Below are positions 25,438 to 39,309 of a stretch of DNA of 64,000 nt, piece by piece. The position numbers were made by a program, and so were the translations under genes. Position 1 is the stretch's first letter. Each line of letters opens with the position of its first letter. The stretch comes from Convolutriloba macropyga (Eukaryota), in assembly GCF_964194025.1 (NCBI RefSeq), contig NC_134471.1, positions 11,284,001 to 11,348,000 on the forward strand, read 5' to 3'. Below the pieces are notes generated by a model. The model saw nothing but the letters and a program-made list of their open reading frames with translations. It searched no databases and was not told where the DNA came from.

Positions 25438-25943
25438 TTAATAGCCGCACAGCGATAGCTGGGGCTATTATTGGCCCTCTCTTGGTTTTTTTTATTTGTT
25501 GTCAAGATTTTTGACAAGAACCATATGATGTCACAACCACTTCAAATCTGCTTTTTGTTCATTCGTTCATGCAATTTCAACTGAAGCGCGTGCGTGACGT
25601 CTTTTTTTGCTCTTAGTGGAGCGAGTTTTTTTGTTCATTTGCGTGATAAGTTTTTGGTCACACTTGACTTACCTCACTCTCAAAAATGACTTCCTCACTT
25701 TGAAATTGACTTTTGTTTACTTTAATTCAAAGAGATAAGGTCAAATGGGTGTGTGTCACTCTAAATGAAGGTTAGTTGAGAGCAGCTAATATAGGCAGCA
25801 AGAACTTAAACAGATTATTAATCCAAATGTAACGTATCAGCCTTCAATAAAAAGAAGAATTTTTTGGTCTGCCTTTACTGTTTTTTTTTGAGACTGCAGA
25901 TCTACGATTGATGCTATTTTCTGGCAGTCTGCCAGCTATGTTT
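25438..25943 (+). mobile_element. Non-autonomous Helentron/DINE-1-like element (short form)
   Basis: 5' hairpin AATAGCC..CAGC-GATA-GCTG..GGCTATT, 3' GCTATT followed by stem-loop CTGGCAG-T-CTGCCAG, T-rich flanks; ~420-bp core shared with 38884-39309. Confidence 0.65.
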
Positions 25944-26724
25944 GTAATTTCAGATTTTTCTTAGATTTGACGAAATTTTTCAAAAATAATTTGGTTGTCG
26001 TTTTTTCAACTTTTCGAGTTTTTGGCGTGTTCTCCCTTGACTCATTTCGAAAACAGCCAAGAGATCAATTCAAAGTACCAAAAACGGTATGAAGGTCTTA
26101 AAAATTTTGATGAGAAACAAAACGTATTAAAACCGCTGTCAAGCTCTTAGTTTCACCAATCAAAAATTGTTTCTTGTAATCATTTTTGCTAACTAAATGA
26201 GGCTGTTTTTTTTCTAATTAAATGCTGTAAAGCTTTTAAAAAGTTTGACTCGCACAATATTTTCTCATTAAAAAAATGAATTGTTGGTTCTAATTTCTTA
26301 CGAATCACAACCTTGTTAAGACTTAGATTTGGATCACCTGGCGGTCTCGTAGTTTTTCCAATTTTGGTACACAAATTATCCCAAGCAAATTACCATTGTT
26401 TGCGTCCCAGTTTGAATTGACAAAAGCTTATCGGAAAAAGTTTACAAAGGGAACTATGAATAATGATTAGATTAGATGGATCTATCATTCCAATTAAATG
26501 CTGTCTGGCAAAATAACAAAGAAATAAAGTGACAATTTTTTAACGAGAAATTATTGAATAACTGAGCCATAATATGAGCTTAAAAGCGTTGTGTCAGTTT
26601 ATAATTACGGGCTCTTAGTATGTTCAATAGTCGCACCGTTATCAGCCGTAACTGACATAACCTTTAGCATGATTTACTAGGTACCAAAAGTAAAATATTA
26701 GGAAGAAGTACGCAAAGCACTCAC

Positions 26725-27085
26725 TGACTAAAACTATGGGTAACTGCCCTAATAAAAGCATCCGATCACTGAACACTTTGGTAGCAAAGGGTAAGTTGAG
26801 AAATGCTGATCCGATAATTGCATTCATTGTTATAAAAATAGCCCCCGCGACTGATGTTTTCCCTCCGTACTTGAGTTTACTGAGGGTGGTTGAGAAATCT
26901 GGCAGTCCATGCCGGCTGTCGTCAGATTCTGTCACTTCGATTGAATGGTCCGAATGATGTGGAGAAATGGTACCATAGTTGTTCAGGTTGTTCCCCGATA
27001 TTGACCTCTCTTCACGTGTTGGGGAAGGCTCCTCGAAGTTTTGGGAACTTAACTCATCGTTGAGAATTAAATTGGTTTTGCTCAT
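26725..27085 (-). CDS. SLC38/Aa_trans transporter, exon 1 (gene span 22140-27085, spliced product 478 aa)
   Basis: ATG at 27085; GKTSVAGAIFITMNAIIGSAFLNLPFA is the typical TM1 motif; GTGAGT donor in phase 1. The four exons sum to 1437 nt, in frame. Confidence 0.88.
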
Positions 27086-30000
27086 TTTGGCGAGCCTTAA
27101 AGATCGAGAAATGATTCCGTGTCAAAGTTAAATGGGATTGCGAAAAGTGTGGTTTGAGCAGTATGTGTTTTTTGTCTGTCAAACGATCAATTTTTTTTTC
27201 GTTTTAAGCTTTCCTGATGATTAAAAGCTTTCAAAATGATTCAATAGCAATTCAAGAGCTTCGGCGCAATTTTTAGTGTCAGTTTGTTCACGAAGACAAT
27301 GCTATTCCTCGATGTTGTCAAATGTTATGCTGGCTGGTTAGGAAAATATCTCTTGAGTTTTGCTCGAACGTAAATAATCGGAGCAAGGTGTACGGATAGA
27401 AAGTAGTTTAAGTTGTGATGGGTGATATTAGCTTAATGAGGTTTTGGATTTGCTTTGTTTGAGGGTGGCAATCCGGTCTAAAGGATATCAAGTGACTGCT
27501 GGTCAGCCGTCATTGATGAGAGCTGTTAAATATTAACTTTGATCAACTTAAACTGTTTCAACTTTCACAATCAACAGGAGCAATTGACCGAAAAGTTCAA
27601 GGTGTGCTAAGCGTGAAGTAACTCTATGTAATTGTCATTACTCCGCAAAACAACAAAAATTGTCTTTATTTGGGTTCGTTATTAAAAATAAAGAGTTATT
27701 AAATCATACGTTTTTTGAGCTGTAATGTCGAACTAGTTGAGCAACATTTGAAACATTTCAGGTTAATTCTCCCCCCAATAAATTTCTGAGCTGATTTTTT
27801 TCGTTGCACTGGCACGTTTCGTGGGCACGTTTAGTTTTTCAATGGAATTTTCATGAACAGTATGGCTTAATTTAGTTTTATAACGACATCTGCTAAGTGA
27901 TTATTTTAGTTTGAATGCCTTGGGTTTTACCCATTCAAATTATATCAGCCCTATTTTGTTTACTATTTCAATCAGTTGTTCAATCGATATCCGGTCCAGC
28001 ATTTGATTGGGCAAATGATTATCCAATAATGGATCAAAGCTAGATTAATTTGTCTCGTATTCAATCAAGGATAAACGGTAAGATCTGTGTAACAAATATC
28101 TAAGTGTCCTCCCTTTCAGGGTGATAATGGTTGCTTCTATAACCTTGGTTTGGGTGTAGTTCTTGTAGGAAATACCCCAAAATAGCGTCTTAGTAAAACT
28201 AAAAGCAACTATTTTGACCCCGAGTTACGTAGCTCAAAGTGTACTAAGAATTTATCGTTACTTTGAACCTGAAATCATAAAGGTTGAGGATATTTCGGTG
28301 AACTCAATTATGATGGGAGCCTTGCAAGGTAATTTGGGTTCATTGCTTAAATATTTAGGATCATTCTTTTTTTACAACAGGTGCTGCCTATTAAGATTCT
28401 CACAATGAATCGTTGGTCAAAATTTGTTTTCCGTAGCTGCAATGCTGCGAGCTGAGCTTACATATATTGTGGTACTCTAGGTTTCCGTTTTTGTTTCGTC
28501 ATGTGGCGCTCTTTTTGTGTTACAATTTTTTACACCGAAACCTCAAAACATCAATTTTAACCATCTTTTTATGGCAGTTGCTAGTTTTATATGCGCGATA
28601 TGTTTTTCCACTTGTTAGCAGTGTGTTTCTAACTGCATCGAGTGATTTCAGTTGGATGTAAAACGTAATGCGTTTCTCATCTTCTGTCTACAGTTTGTTT
28701 TGAGACAAGGCTCAAAAGAATTCTGTGATTTATATTTTAAAACTGTTCCAACATTTTTTTGTCGAAATTTCCTTTTATTGAAGAATCATTGATTATAAGA
28801 CCCAAAAAATCACACAGAAAGAGCATAAATATTTTGAAATTTAAAAAATTTAAAAAAATGTGACTCCTCGGATTTCTTTTCAAAATTCAAAAATAAGAAT
28901 AACTAAAATCTCCAAACGATTGCACGGGATGACAATTGTCGGAACTTAGTTTTCAAAAATTAAAACTAACATAAACTAAACATAAAAGAGGAATCCATCT
29001 CCATCTTTTTCTAAGCAGGAAATTATAAATTCAACCCCAGAACCATGTTTTCTAGCTTAATTGAAGTTCAAGTTGTTTTGAAACGTCACAGTATATAACA
29101 AAAAGAAGACTATGATAGCAAATCTGTTGTTCCTTTTTTGTTTGACCGAATTTAACTTATCTTTTCTATTGAAATTCAACTTTGACTTTTTTCACACTTT
29201 TGACTGCGTGAGTTGAATTTTTCTTTAAAAAGCTTTTAACGTTAAGTTAGCTAATTCTAGCTGAGCGCTGATTTGATTGGACAGTTTCTAGACCCTCGAA
29301 CATAGTTTTTTTTTTCGTAAATGTCAGTTTTGTAACGCAAATATAAATATCTGATACCAATATCTGAAAGAATTAATTTGCCTGTAGCTTTTATACTTGC
29401 AGGTTCGTTCATCATGCAATAAAGTCTGATTATATAAACATTAAGGTCAGAAAATACAGATGATGAAAAAAGTTTCATCGCTGCTTCTCTGGCATGCATA
29501 TAATCCCAATTTTTCTCAATAGTTTTAATATTGCAAAATATTGTAACGTAAGTTCTCGCAAACCAACACTTCCTCACAATGTAAGCCTCCAATGATTTGT
29601 TATTTGCTGGAATTATTCATGACTGGAGTTATGAATTTTTTACCGATCATTGACTGATGTTTCAGAACGTTGCCTTCTGTTTTCGTACACTGAACTTTAG
29701 CAGTAGTTTCCAAGATATATTAATTAGGAACTACTTGCAATATCAAAGGTCCAAATTTTATTTCATTTCGCAACAGTCCCTCTATAAACTAGAGGGAATA
29801 GGGAAGACCTCCACCACCTGCATACCCCTCCACCCGCCCATTTGCCTGTTTCCTGTTTTGTGCCATTCAGTTTCCAGACCCCGCGTATCTTACTCCCCCC
29901 CCCCCCCCCCAAGCCCGCCCACCACTGCCTCCCTGCAAGACACCGAAGCCTCCACCACTTAACTGAAATTTTGTCTGCACCCTGCACCTCAGAGAAAACT

Positions 30001-30780
30001 TTCCATGGTTTCTATAGTAGATAAAATTTGATGTTTTTTATATTTCTGATTTAGACAAGGTTGATTTAGAGTTTATATTGCACAACTTTTCGAGTTGTTT
30101 CCGGTTTTCTACCGGCTATGTTTTTTCAGCTGAGGCTATTTTAATATAGTCTAGTTACTAATAGTAATTAGGCGATACTCAAGGTCGAAAGGTCATTTTG
30201 AGCACTTTTCTTATAACGATCCCTCCTTCCTCTGCAAACTAGACACTCCCCACGGAAACTACTTCTCTACTTCCCTACCCACTACTCCCCCGCCAACCAC
30301 CTCGCCGCCACACTACCATTAACCCCCTCCCCCGACCTACTCACACTCAGCTACCTACCCCCAAACCTAGCTGCCCACTCATCTACTTACCAACCGCCAG
30401 TCCTCCCTTTCGCTTCGACCCGACACCATCTACCCACCCGACATTAAAACAACTGAACTCTAAATTGAGCTAGCAGTTTTTAAAAAAACGTTGTTTTATT
30501 ACGCAGTTAATTTTTTCGTTATTTTCTCGAAATCTTTGGTTTGGGTAAGATAAGTTTAGAAGTTATCTTGCACGACTCTTCGAGTCGTTTCTGGTTCTCT
30601 ACTGCCTGCATTTTTAGGCTAAATTTTTGTTTGACCTTTTTTGCGCTTTTGTCCCAGAACATTTTTAGACCGTCCAAGTGACTTCCTTGTGCTTTACTTC
30701 TTTTTTTGAGCGATCTCAATGTCTCTCATTCCGAAATAAAGTTTGTTGTAAAAACTATTGTGAGTGGTGTAATAGCAAAG

Positions 30781-30951
30781 TGGGCACAGCTTATTGGCAA
30801 AGAAGTCAGGCTGCCACCCAGGGGGTAATGTGTTCGAACCCAGCGGAGGAGTTTTGCACCATAAAGTTTTCAGCTACACCTCCTCTAATTTAAATTGGCC
30901 CCCGCTTGTCTTTCGAGAGCAATTCATCTGACGTTAGTCTGTTTATGTTTT
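30781..30951 (+). mobile_element. tRNA-derived SINE (same family as 24695)
   Basis: B box GTTCGAACCC plus the shared body and tail. Confidence 0.65.
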
Positions 30952-33900
30952 ATTGATATACATTGTGTGTTTGAAGGAGCAAACCAGTTGATCAAAAGAA
31001 GTTACGATCTCAGCTGAGACAGCTTCTGTTGCAGATCCACAATATCAACCTACTCATGCCATTACTACCCGAGACCACACCTCAGATGAAGCTACTCATC
31101 TACACCAAAAAGGTTTTTCAATTATTGCTTTTTAAGTAACATGCTCCTCCTCTATATGGAGATATCTGCACAAAAACGTTAAGCGATAGAAGGGACGAGT
31201 AGCTTTCTCGCGGACGGCGTATGATGAACGAATCAAATTTTGATCCGCAAGAGCTGATTTTGTGCGTATATTTGCTACCCCCTAGCGCTGGTGCATTATT
31301 TTTTTTACTATAATCTGCTATGTAATGCACAATGTCTGTAACTGGTGGGTGTATAGAATAGATGTCAAGACCCCACAACCCTCTTCAGCCTGCTGTTGTA
31401 TCTAATTCATTCCTGATCTGCCATTGAAACAGCACTAATCGTTGATACTGTCCATTAGTTATTTTGTTCTAGATTTTCCTAAATGTAACCTCAAGGTTTT
31501 AAATATCTCGATCATTTAGAAAATATGCCGATTTTCGAAAAATCAACTCGCATATTGCAAGTAGAATTTGGTTTTAGTTGAAGTTGGTGAAGTCTTTTTT
31601 ACCAGTTGATCTTTTCAGATAAGCATCTTCGACATTGTGATAAATGAGTTATTTTTTATCAATTTGGATAGTGCTTGGTAGCAGATTTTGATTCTTAAGA
31701 TTAGATTCTTTGACAAAAGTAAACGCACGAAGTGCAATTTTAAATGGTAAACTGCGTTTTTCTCATGCTTTGTATCATTCGACGCTGAATCATTAGTCCA
31801 ATTTCTCTAAATTCAGATGAACTGGCAACCTTATTTACCGAGATAATCCAGATAAAATTCGATGGCAGCAGTAGTCTGAGTCTCTAGTGAAATCTGTTCA
31901 AATTGGTCAATCGATTGTCATGTTCACAATGCAAATGCTTGCGTGAAATGATAAAGCATGAGCAGGTTGAAGATTTCACCTGGTGCTCAAACTACTGCTT
32001 AAGGGGCAACTTCGATCTGGATTTCTCTAAGTAGGCTTGTCAGTTATTCTGAACTTGGATATATTAAACTTCTGATAATAATGGGTTGGTTGATATAAAG
32101 ATCAAAAGAACCTGACTGATATTGATTTCAAAAACACGCAGTTTACCATATAAAAATTCATTTTTTGTGTTAATAATTGCCAACGAGTGTATTCTATAAC
32201 TCCGCTGATTGCTATCTTGCAGCAAATTTCTCAAAATCTCTTCTTCACGCTTAACTTCTGATTTTTGCGAGATCTAAATGGCTCTCTCATTCGCAATTTT
32301 AAGCAACTGAGCTCGTGCAGTGGATAACTACTGAACGTTTGAATCGCTAAATTGTATAGTAAGTTGATGGTTTTTGAATTGCGTTTTGAGTGCCAATGCT
32401 ATATCTGTTTCCTTTCATCAAATTTTAGGTCAGTCGGCTGAAAATCTAAGAGTTTAAGTTAATAATTTTAATGACTATGTTGAGTCCCTTTTACAATCTG
32501 TTCAGCTTGATCTTTAACTTCTTGAATTCACCAAACCAATTTTGCTTAAAACGTTAGACACATTATGAAATTGGGCAGATATCAAGTGGGACTAAACTTA
32601 GTGCTTTTGCTAAAAATTGGCAAGTTTTAGCTGACTTCTCTCAGTAAGTTTTTCTCTTTTGTGCGTCGTCTACTCGATAGTCGTTCAAATTCCTAAATAA
32701 CAGGAAACAATAAGTTTTAAAGGAACTTTTGGGCTGAATAGTGGTGTATATTAACTTCTAATGAGGTTATTTGAAGCCCTCTTGTGAAATTCTTAGTCGG
32801 AATCAAGCCACCCCCCCCCCCCTACTTAAGCAGGCTGCAATTGATAATATTGATTAGAGCTCTCAGTAGCCGTTCGCGGGCAATTCTTCCGACGTTAGTC
32901 GGTTATGTTTACTTCTGTTAACAAATGTATTACTACTCAATACTGTGCTATGGTTTCCTTTACGAACGACCTAGTTTCATTCCTTGATTAGCTTAGTCAG
33001 AAGGTCGCAGCTAATATGCCTATGGTGTATCTGATTGCCTCAATGAAGTTGTGTTGGTAGGATGCAGCAGTCCCGGAAGACTTCCTAGAGACGACGCAGC
33101 ATCTAATTCCGGATGCACAGGTTGTAAACTTTGACCAAGTGAACACAAACATCCACACTGTCAAATCTTCTGTCCAGTATAAACTGGACCAGAATGCAAC
33201 CAGGTTCTAGTCTATCAAGTGGGTATGAGTCAATGGGTGAAGAGGAAACACGAATTTTGCGGTTTGATCTGTTAGACTTTGCGAAACTGTTCCCTTTTGC
33301 CCCTGTGGAGTGTGATATCCATACAGCCCTTTAATTATACTTCCAAGTTGCAATGGCTAACACCAATTTATATTTATCTGTAGAAATTGAATTATCAATG
33401 CAGGAATGCGCGTCTACTTTGTCTATAAAGCTTTTGAATGAAATTTTTTGTGTTCACTCGGGGGAAAAAGGAAATAGGTCTGAAATAGCTTTATTTTTTG
33501 CTCTCATGTCGGAAGCACAATTTAAACGGAAAACCTGAAGAAACAGTGCGACTTATTTGATACTGAGGTCTTAGTTGCCCGCAACAAAAAATTACTGCAG
33601 CCTCTTAACTCTGGCCTGTAATGATTTAAATTTTAGAAATTTATTTCCGGGGAAAATTTTGAAAAGGCCAGCAAAATTATCTTGAATAACGAAATTGAGT
33701 AAAAAATGTGTTGAAAAAGAGAAAAAACATGGCTGCTATTGTGTGACAGTAATAATCGGTTAAGATCACTTGAATTGTTGCTTTCGATGATGAGATTTTG
33801 TCTTTTTTGTGTTGCTGTGAAATTGTTACTGAGTTGATTATTTATGAAACCATCTGTGCTTCTATGATCTAGTCACTTTCTTTCGATTAAAAACTCTTGT

Positions 33901-36759
33901 ATGTACAATGGTTAGTTTTGTTTACTGTAATTTAACTGCTTTTTATGAAGTTAGAATCTTTTTGAGTTTTAAAATATGAGTTCATTTTTGGAATCTTTAT
34001 TATTTTGACTAGTTATGCAGATAACCTTTTTGTTTAATCAGAGAGAAAAGGTTATATGAGTATAGCATAACTCGATTTCCGTCTTGAAACTCACGGTTTT
34101 TCATATTTTTAGTTGCTCTCAAACGAAATTGAAGCACTTATTGTTCCAACATTTTTCCAAAATGGGGGAATATATATATGGCAGGCTGGCTTTTTTTCAG
34201 TCAAATTTTCACTTTTTGTTTACGCACCGTAAAGAAAAACACCATTTTTTAGCCCTCAGGATCTAGTTTTGATCTCTATAAAAAATTATCAATAAAATTT
34301 GAAATGGGGCTCTCGAAATTTTGAAGGAAAAAATGAAAAGGAAAAAAACAGCGCTCCATGGGGAAATTGTAGTGAAATTACTAAGCTAAACGAAGATTTA
34401 TAACCAGTAATTATTTAGAGCTCGATGAATTTATTTAAAAAAATTTGTTAGGTTAAGTTCGCAAAAAAAATCGTAAAATTTTGTTCAAAATTTTGTTCAA
34501 AAAACCTTTTGAACCGTCTGTACGTATTCTGCTGGTTACAAAATATTTTCGGAACCCTTTTTGTCTATCGAAAAATTTTCTTCGAAATGGGATAAAAAAT
34601 AAAATAAAATTAAATTTTAATTGCCATATAAACTTTTTATTGCCATTTAGTTTCTCTGATTTACTTTCCTAGAAGCTATATCCAAATGGATTTCTGTGAA
34701 ACTCTTTATATGCAAGAAAATGCTTCTTCTAGTGAAAAGGGAGAAAGCTTTTCCTTTATTGCATTGATTGTTTTCCGATCCCCGGAAAAATTTGTTTGCA
34801 AAAAAAAAAGAAAATAGCCTGTTTGTCACAGACTAAATATTTCTACTGCAAAAGTATCGGAACTTCATTCCATTTTTTTTAATTAAGGGGAAAGATCAAA
34901 ATTTGTTTAAAGAAAATAACCGATTTTTTTAAAATTAATTGACCACCTACGCTGGACTCTTAAAAATACCCAAAATATCATTTGCAGTTTGATTTTAAAA
35001 AATTTCAAAGAATTGGCGCAATACAGCAAAGTTGAGACCAGAACTAAAAAATAAACTGTGGTGAGATAGATTGAATATTTGTTTTTTTTAAATTCTATTT
35101 TCTGTTGATTGTTCCTGAAGCCTCTGGTGACCTAAAAACTGAAGGTGTTCTTTGGCCTCTAATTGACTATCAATTTTGGGTCATCAGGATTTGTAAAAAT
35201 ATGAAAGATATCACTAGTGTTTTTGCTTAAACTGAAATATAACAAAAGCAAATCAGAAAGTTTTCGAAACGTACCAAAACATACTTTCTAATCTTTTTGC
35301 AAGTTTATGTTATGCGTTGTAATTATTCTTATTTGTAAACCTTCTTTTTTGTGCTTTAATATAACTTAAAATAACTGTTTCTATAAAATACGTTCTTTGG
35401 AATTGGTTCCTTAAGGGTCATCAAGAAACAAAAGGAGAGACAAGCAATGTAGGAAAGAACGAAGAAAGCTGGTTTTGTTTTTCAAATTCCTCACTTCAGG
35501 TTTTTTAATGATCTCATTCTGATTTAATGGTCTGAGCAGTCTGATTTATTAGACATTCTATTGGAGTCCCTTGAATTGCCGCAAAAAAACTTGCTAAAGG
35601 CAATTTTTTCAGTCAATTAACGTTTCTATGGGACGATTTTAAGCCGAGTTGATTGCATGTGCAAAGTTTGTGGCCAGAAAAACAGACAAGGCAACTAAGA
35701 TATAATTATGAGAATTTCTTTGTCAGCACTGCAACCGTCTTGCCAACTGTTGCTTGGCTGAGTTGAAAAAACTTCAGATTTGACTAGATTTTGAAATTAC
35801 AGAATCCACTTGCCTGAGCAAGTTAAAACACTAAAGACTTGAGTATTCCAGTACAAACATTGTAGCAAAAAACCTAAGTTCTTATTGTTTGTTCTATTTG
35901 TCACGTAAGTTTTTAATAGTAAAACATTTTTGTTTTGTTTGATTCCAAATGTTCTAAATTGGAAAATGTCCCTATGAACACAAAATGAATTTAAAGATAA
36001 CTTTAAACAGGGTGATTGCTAAAAAGACAAAACTTTAAATTGTTACTGACTTAATTTCGATGATTTCATGATAATCGGAAACATTTGTTGAAAATAAACT
36101 GGATCTCTTCTCTGCCTAATTGAATTGGTAAAGACTTCATTACTTGAACAGATTTTCAATCAGGAAAAAAACGGTGAGAGAAATCAGTTAATTTTTTGCT
36201 GCTTCTAGTGGATAAACTGATGGCATCGTATTTCTTCAATTATCTGACTGTATTAATTTAAATACATTTTATTTGCAGCTAATTGCTCTTTTTCAACATC
36301 AATTTCCGGGAAGCTGCTTTATATTGCAAAGTATTAAGAGTGGTTTAATATCTGTGAATAGTATAATGTAATCAGGGCTGTGAGTTTTTTTTCAGTTTTA
36401 ATATTAAAGAATGTTTTAAAGGTTGCTCCTAAAAAAATTGCTTAAACTTTAGCTTTTCAAAACTGATTGGCAAAATGAGATTTGTTCTCAGAGCAAGCAA
36501 TTTTTTGACAAATTTTGGACCTATGTCGGGACTTTCTGTGCTACGCACATTCTGGCACGAGCAGTCTTGTTGTATCCGTGCTTGTCTTTTTAAGCTTTAA
36601 GCAAAATTTTGGCTTGACCGATTTTGCGCTTTTGTCTTGAACATTCTCTCTGTAGAGTGACGTTTTCTCGCATGACTTTTTGATTTTTGCGTCATCTAAA
36701 TTGCTCATATTCGGTGTTCAAGTTTCCAATATAAAGACGATGTAATTCCGAAAACGAAA

Positions 36760-36946
36760 CAGCTAAAGTTTTGTGGTTAAGGTGTGCGGCAACCATCCGG
36801 GAGTTCGAAGGTTGGAGTCCCTCTCCCCTATGTTTTGTTGTTTTTGCGCTCATAAAAATTTGTCTATGCTACAACCCCCTCTCTGAATTAATTGGCCCCC
36901 GTCTGTCGTTCGAGATCAGTTTGCCCGACGTTAGTCGGTTTATGTT
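36760..36946 (+). mobile_element. tRNA-derived SINE (same family as 24695)
   Basis: GTGGTTAAGG head, GGTTGGAGTCCC B-box-like motif, shared body and CCGACGTTAGTCGGTTTATGTT tail; a tail-only remnant lies at ~32870-32910. Confidence 0.6.
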
Positions 36947-37116
36947 AATCAAGATTTCATTTTGGTTGAATTTTGGGAAGACCTGGTTTGCAACAATAAA
37001 GGTAAAGTTTGATTTGGGCTAATTGATTAAGAAATGGAGTGAGCTTTATTCGAATTTTTGAAAAATACACCAACTCTAGTTCTAGTTTTCCTGGCCACAG
37101 GACTCGTGTACCTGTG

Positions 37117-37568
37117 CTACTTTTTGTATCTTGTCGCTGGAACAAATACAGGCAGCAGTTCTTCTTCTGGTCCTAGAGAGTCGTTAACTGGAGAGGAAGC
37201 TTTCTGTGTCTCGGCTAGAATATATCCAAATACTGGTCTGACAGCCAATGTTTCCTTGTTCTGTATCACGGCTACCAAACCGCTTTTCAGGGCCATTTTT
37301 CGTATAACTGGCTCGATTTTTGCGGGAGGTTCGCCTGTGTTTGCAGTAGCGGTAGTTGCCGTTGCTTTAGAAGGCTCTGCAGGGGTCTCGGGTAGATGAA
37401 TGTGGACGCTAGTGATGCTCATGCTGGTAGGGAATTTCTTTTTAGGGTATTTTGCGATTTTGGGTGGCATGACCTCGTTGTATCCGGCCCGCCATTGTCC
37501 TATGAAGTCGTTGCGGACTAGATTTCCTGAGCCATCGTCAATGTAGGGGAAGAAAGCTTGGATCCAGC
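37117..37568 (-). CDS. DUF4419 domain protein, exon 2
   Basis: TTTTCTAG acceptor in phase 1 gives (S)GWIQAFFPY...FPTSMS...MALKSGLVAVIQ..TLAVRPVFGYI, matching the DUF4419 C-terminal pattern GWI..FFP / G..G..Q..LRP..GW. Confidence 0.8.
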
Positions 37569-38258
37569 CTAGAAAATGAGCTCAAGCTTAATTTTTAAGT
37601 CCTGCTCATTAGTATGCCAATTGTTAATCTCTTAACCGTTTCAGTATGTTTAATTTGCTTTTTCTTCTGTTTATGACATGAAACTGGCAACCGGAAAGTG
37701 TATCTTACATGTGTATTGAGACGATGAACGGTCTTCGCGATGGTGTTAAAAAAACAACCTTGTTAAATTTGCAATAAATCCAAGCCTGTGTTGTGAAATC
37801 AAAGTATAGAGAGATTTTTTCGAGTTGCTCTCAAACGAAGTAGTCGTTTGTTTGAGAGCAATTCTTCCATTATAAATCGGTTAGCTTTTGAAATTCTACA
37901 GATTTTTTAATAGCCGCGAACCTGAGCGTAGCTTTATTGCGTCACTTGGTGGAGTAGGTTTCGAGCTGAATTGTGTAAGTGTTTTTTATCACAATTAACC
38001 TACCTGATTAATCTCATTGATTTTTAACACTATTATTAAATTAGAATTGCTTAAGAATACTCTGAACAATTTCCAAGTCCAATATAAAGTGATCAATTAC
38101 ATCCACTCGAGTAAGCTTTTTAAGCATTTTATTTTCTAAAATAGTTATTATATATTGCATCAGCGACTGCGTAAAGTCAATTCGGTGTCTGTTGCTATCT
38201 GTTTAATAGCCCCCGTCAGCCTTTCAAAGGTTATTGGCGCTCTCCTTTTTTATACTTG

Positions 38259-39309
38259 TTAAAAGCCGCACAGCGATAGCTGGGGCTATTATTGGCCTTC
38301 TCTTGGTTTGTTACAAATCAAAGAATTTGAATTGTATTGGGGCGCTGTCTCAAGATTTGTTCGCACAATTTCATGATATTTGAGGTCAAATTGGAGTAGT
38401 GATTTTGGTAACGCCGAAACAGGAAATGGCGAAAAAGCGAGTGGTTTTGCCGCGTGAAATTTTTTCGCTCTAATTTCAAAGTTGAGTGAGAAAACGGTGT
38501 TTGAACAAAAGTTCGCTTTCTCGCTGGTGGTTTTTAGTTCACATGCGGCAATTTCACTTTGATTTTTATTGTTTTTTCGATTTTTGGTCGGATTTTTTCT
38601 AAATGGTTTTCGCAATCCATTCATAGTTCTTTCTAGGCTTAGTTTTTTGTTTGAACCAAATTTCGATTTCTCGCTGGTGGTTTTTGTTCACATGCGGCTT
38701 TTTGACATTGATTTTCTGTTTTTTTTTTAAAAAAAAAATTCCATCTGATTTTTTTATAAATGGTCTTCCCAACTCACTCATAGTCCGATCTAGGTCTAGT
38801 TTTTTGTTTAGTCAATGAAAATTCTTTGAATTGTCCGTCAGAACTTGTCCTGCTATGTTTTCGTCGTCGCGATTTTTGTTACGACCATATGACGTCACAA
38901 CCACTTCAAATCTGCTCTTTGTTCATTTGTTCATGCAATTTCAACTGAAGTGCGTGTGTGACGTAATTTTTCGCTCTTAGTGGAGCGAGTATTTTTGTTC
39001 ATTCGCGCGATTAAATTTTTGGTCACACTTGACTTACCTCACTCTAAAAAATGACTTCCTCACTTTGAAATTGACTTTTATTTACTTTAATTCAAAGAGA
39101 TAAGGTCAAATGGGTTTGTGTCACTCTAAATGAAGGCTATTTGAGAGCAGCTAATAGAGGCAGCAAAAACTGATTTTTAATCAGAATATAACATATCAGT
39201 CTTCAATGAAAAGACGAATTTTTTTGGTCTGTCTTTTTTACTGTTTTTTTAGACTGCCGATCTACGAATCTATTGCGGCTATTTTCTGGCAATCTACCAG
39301 CTATGTTTT
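38259..39309 (+). mobile_element. Non-autonomous Helentron/DINE-1-like element (long form with internal ~150-bp tandem repeat), inside the DUF4419 intron
   Basis: Same 5' hairpin as 25438; subterminal inverted repeat GCGGCTATT at 39275-39283; 3' stem-loop CTGGCA..TACCAG; two ~150-bp units starting near 38512 and 38662. Confidence 0.65.

Noticed and set aside
37058-37399. 113-aa plus-strand ORF (and similar ORFs at 43066, 46612, 48448, 56591, 56894, 62796, 63159)
   Set aside because: Antisense or off-frame shadows of DUF4419, ANAPC2 or polB sequence.
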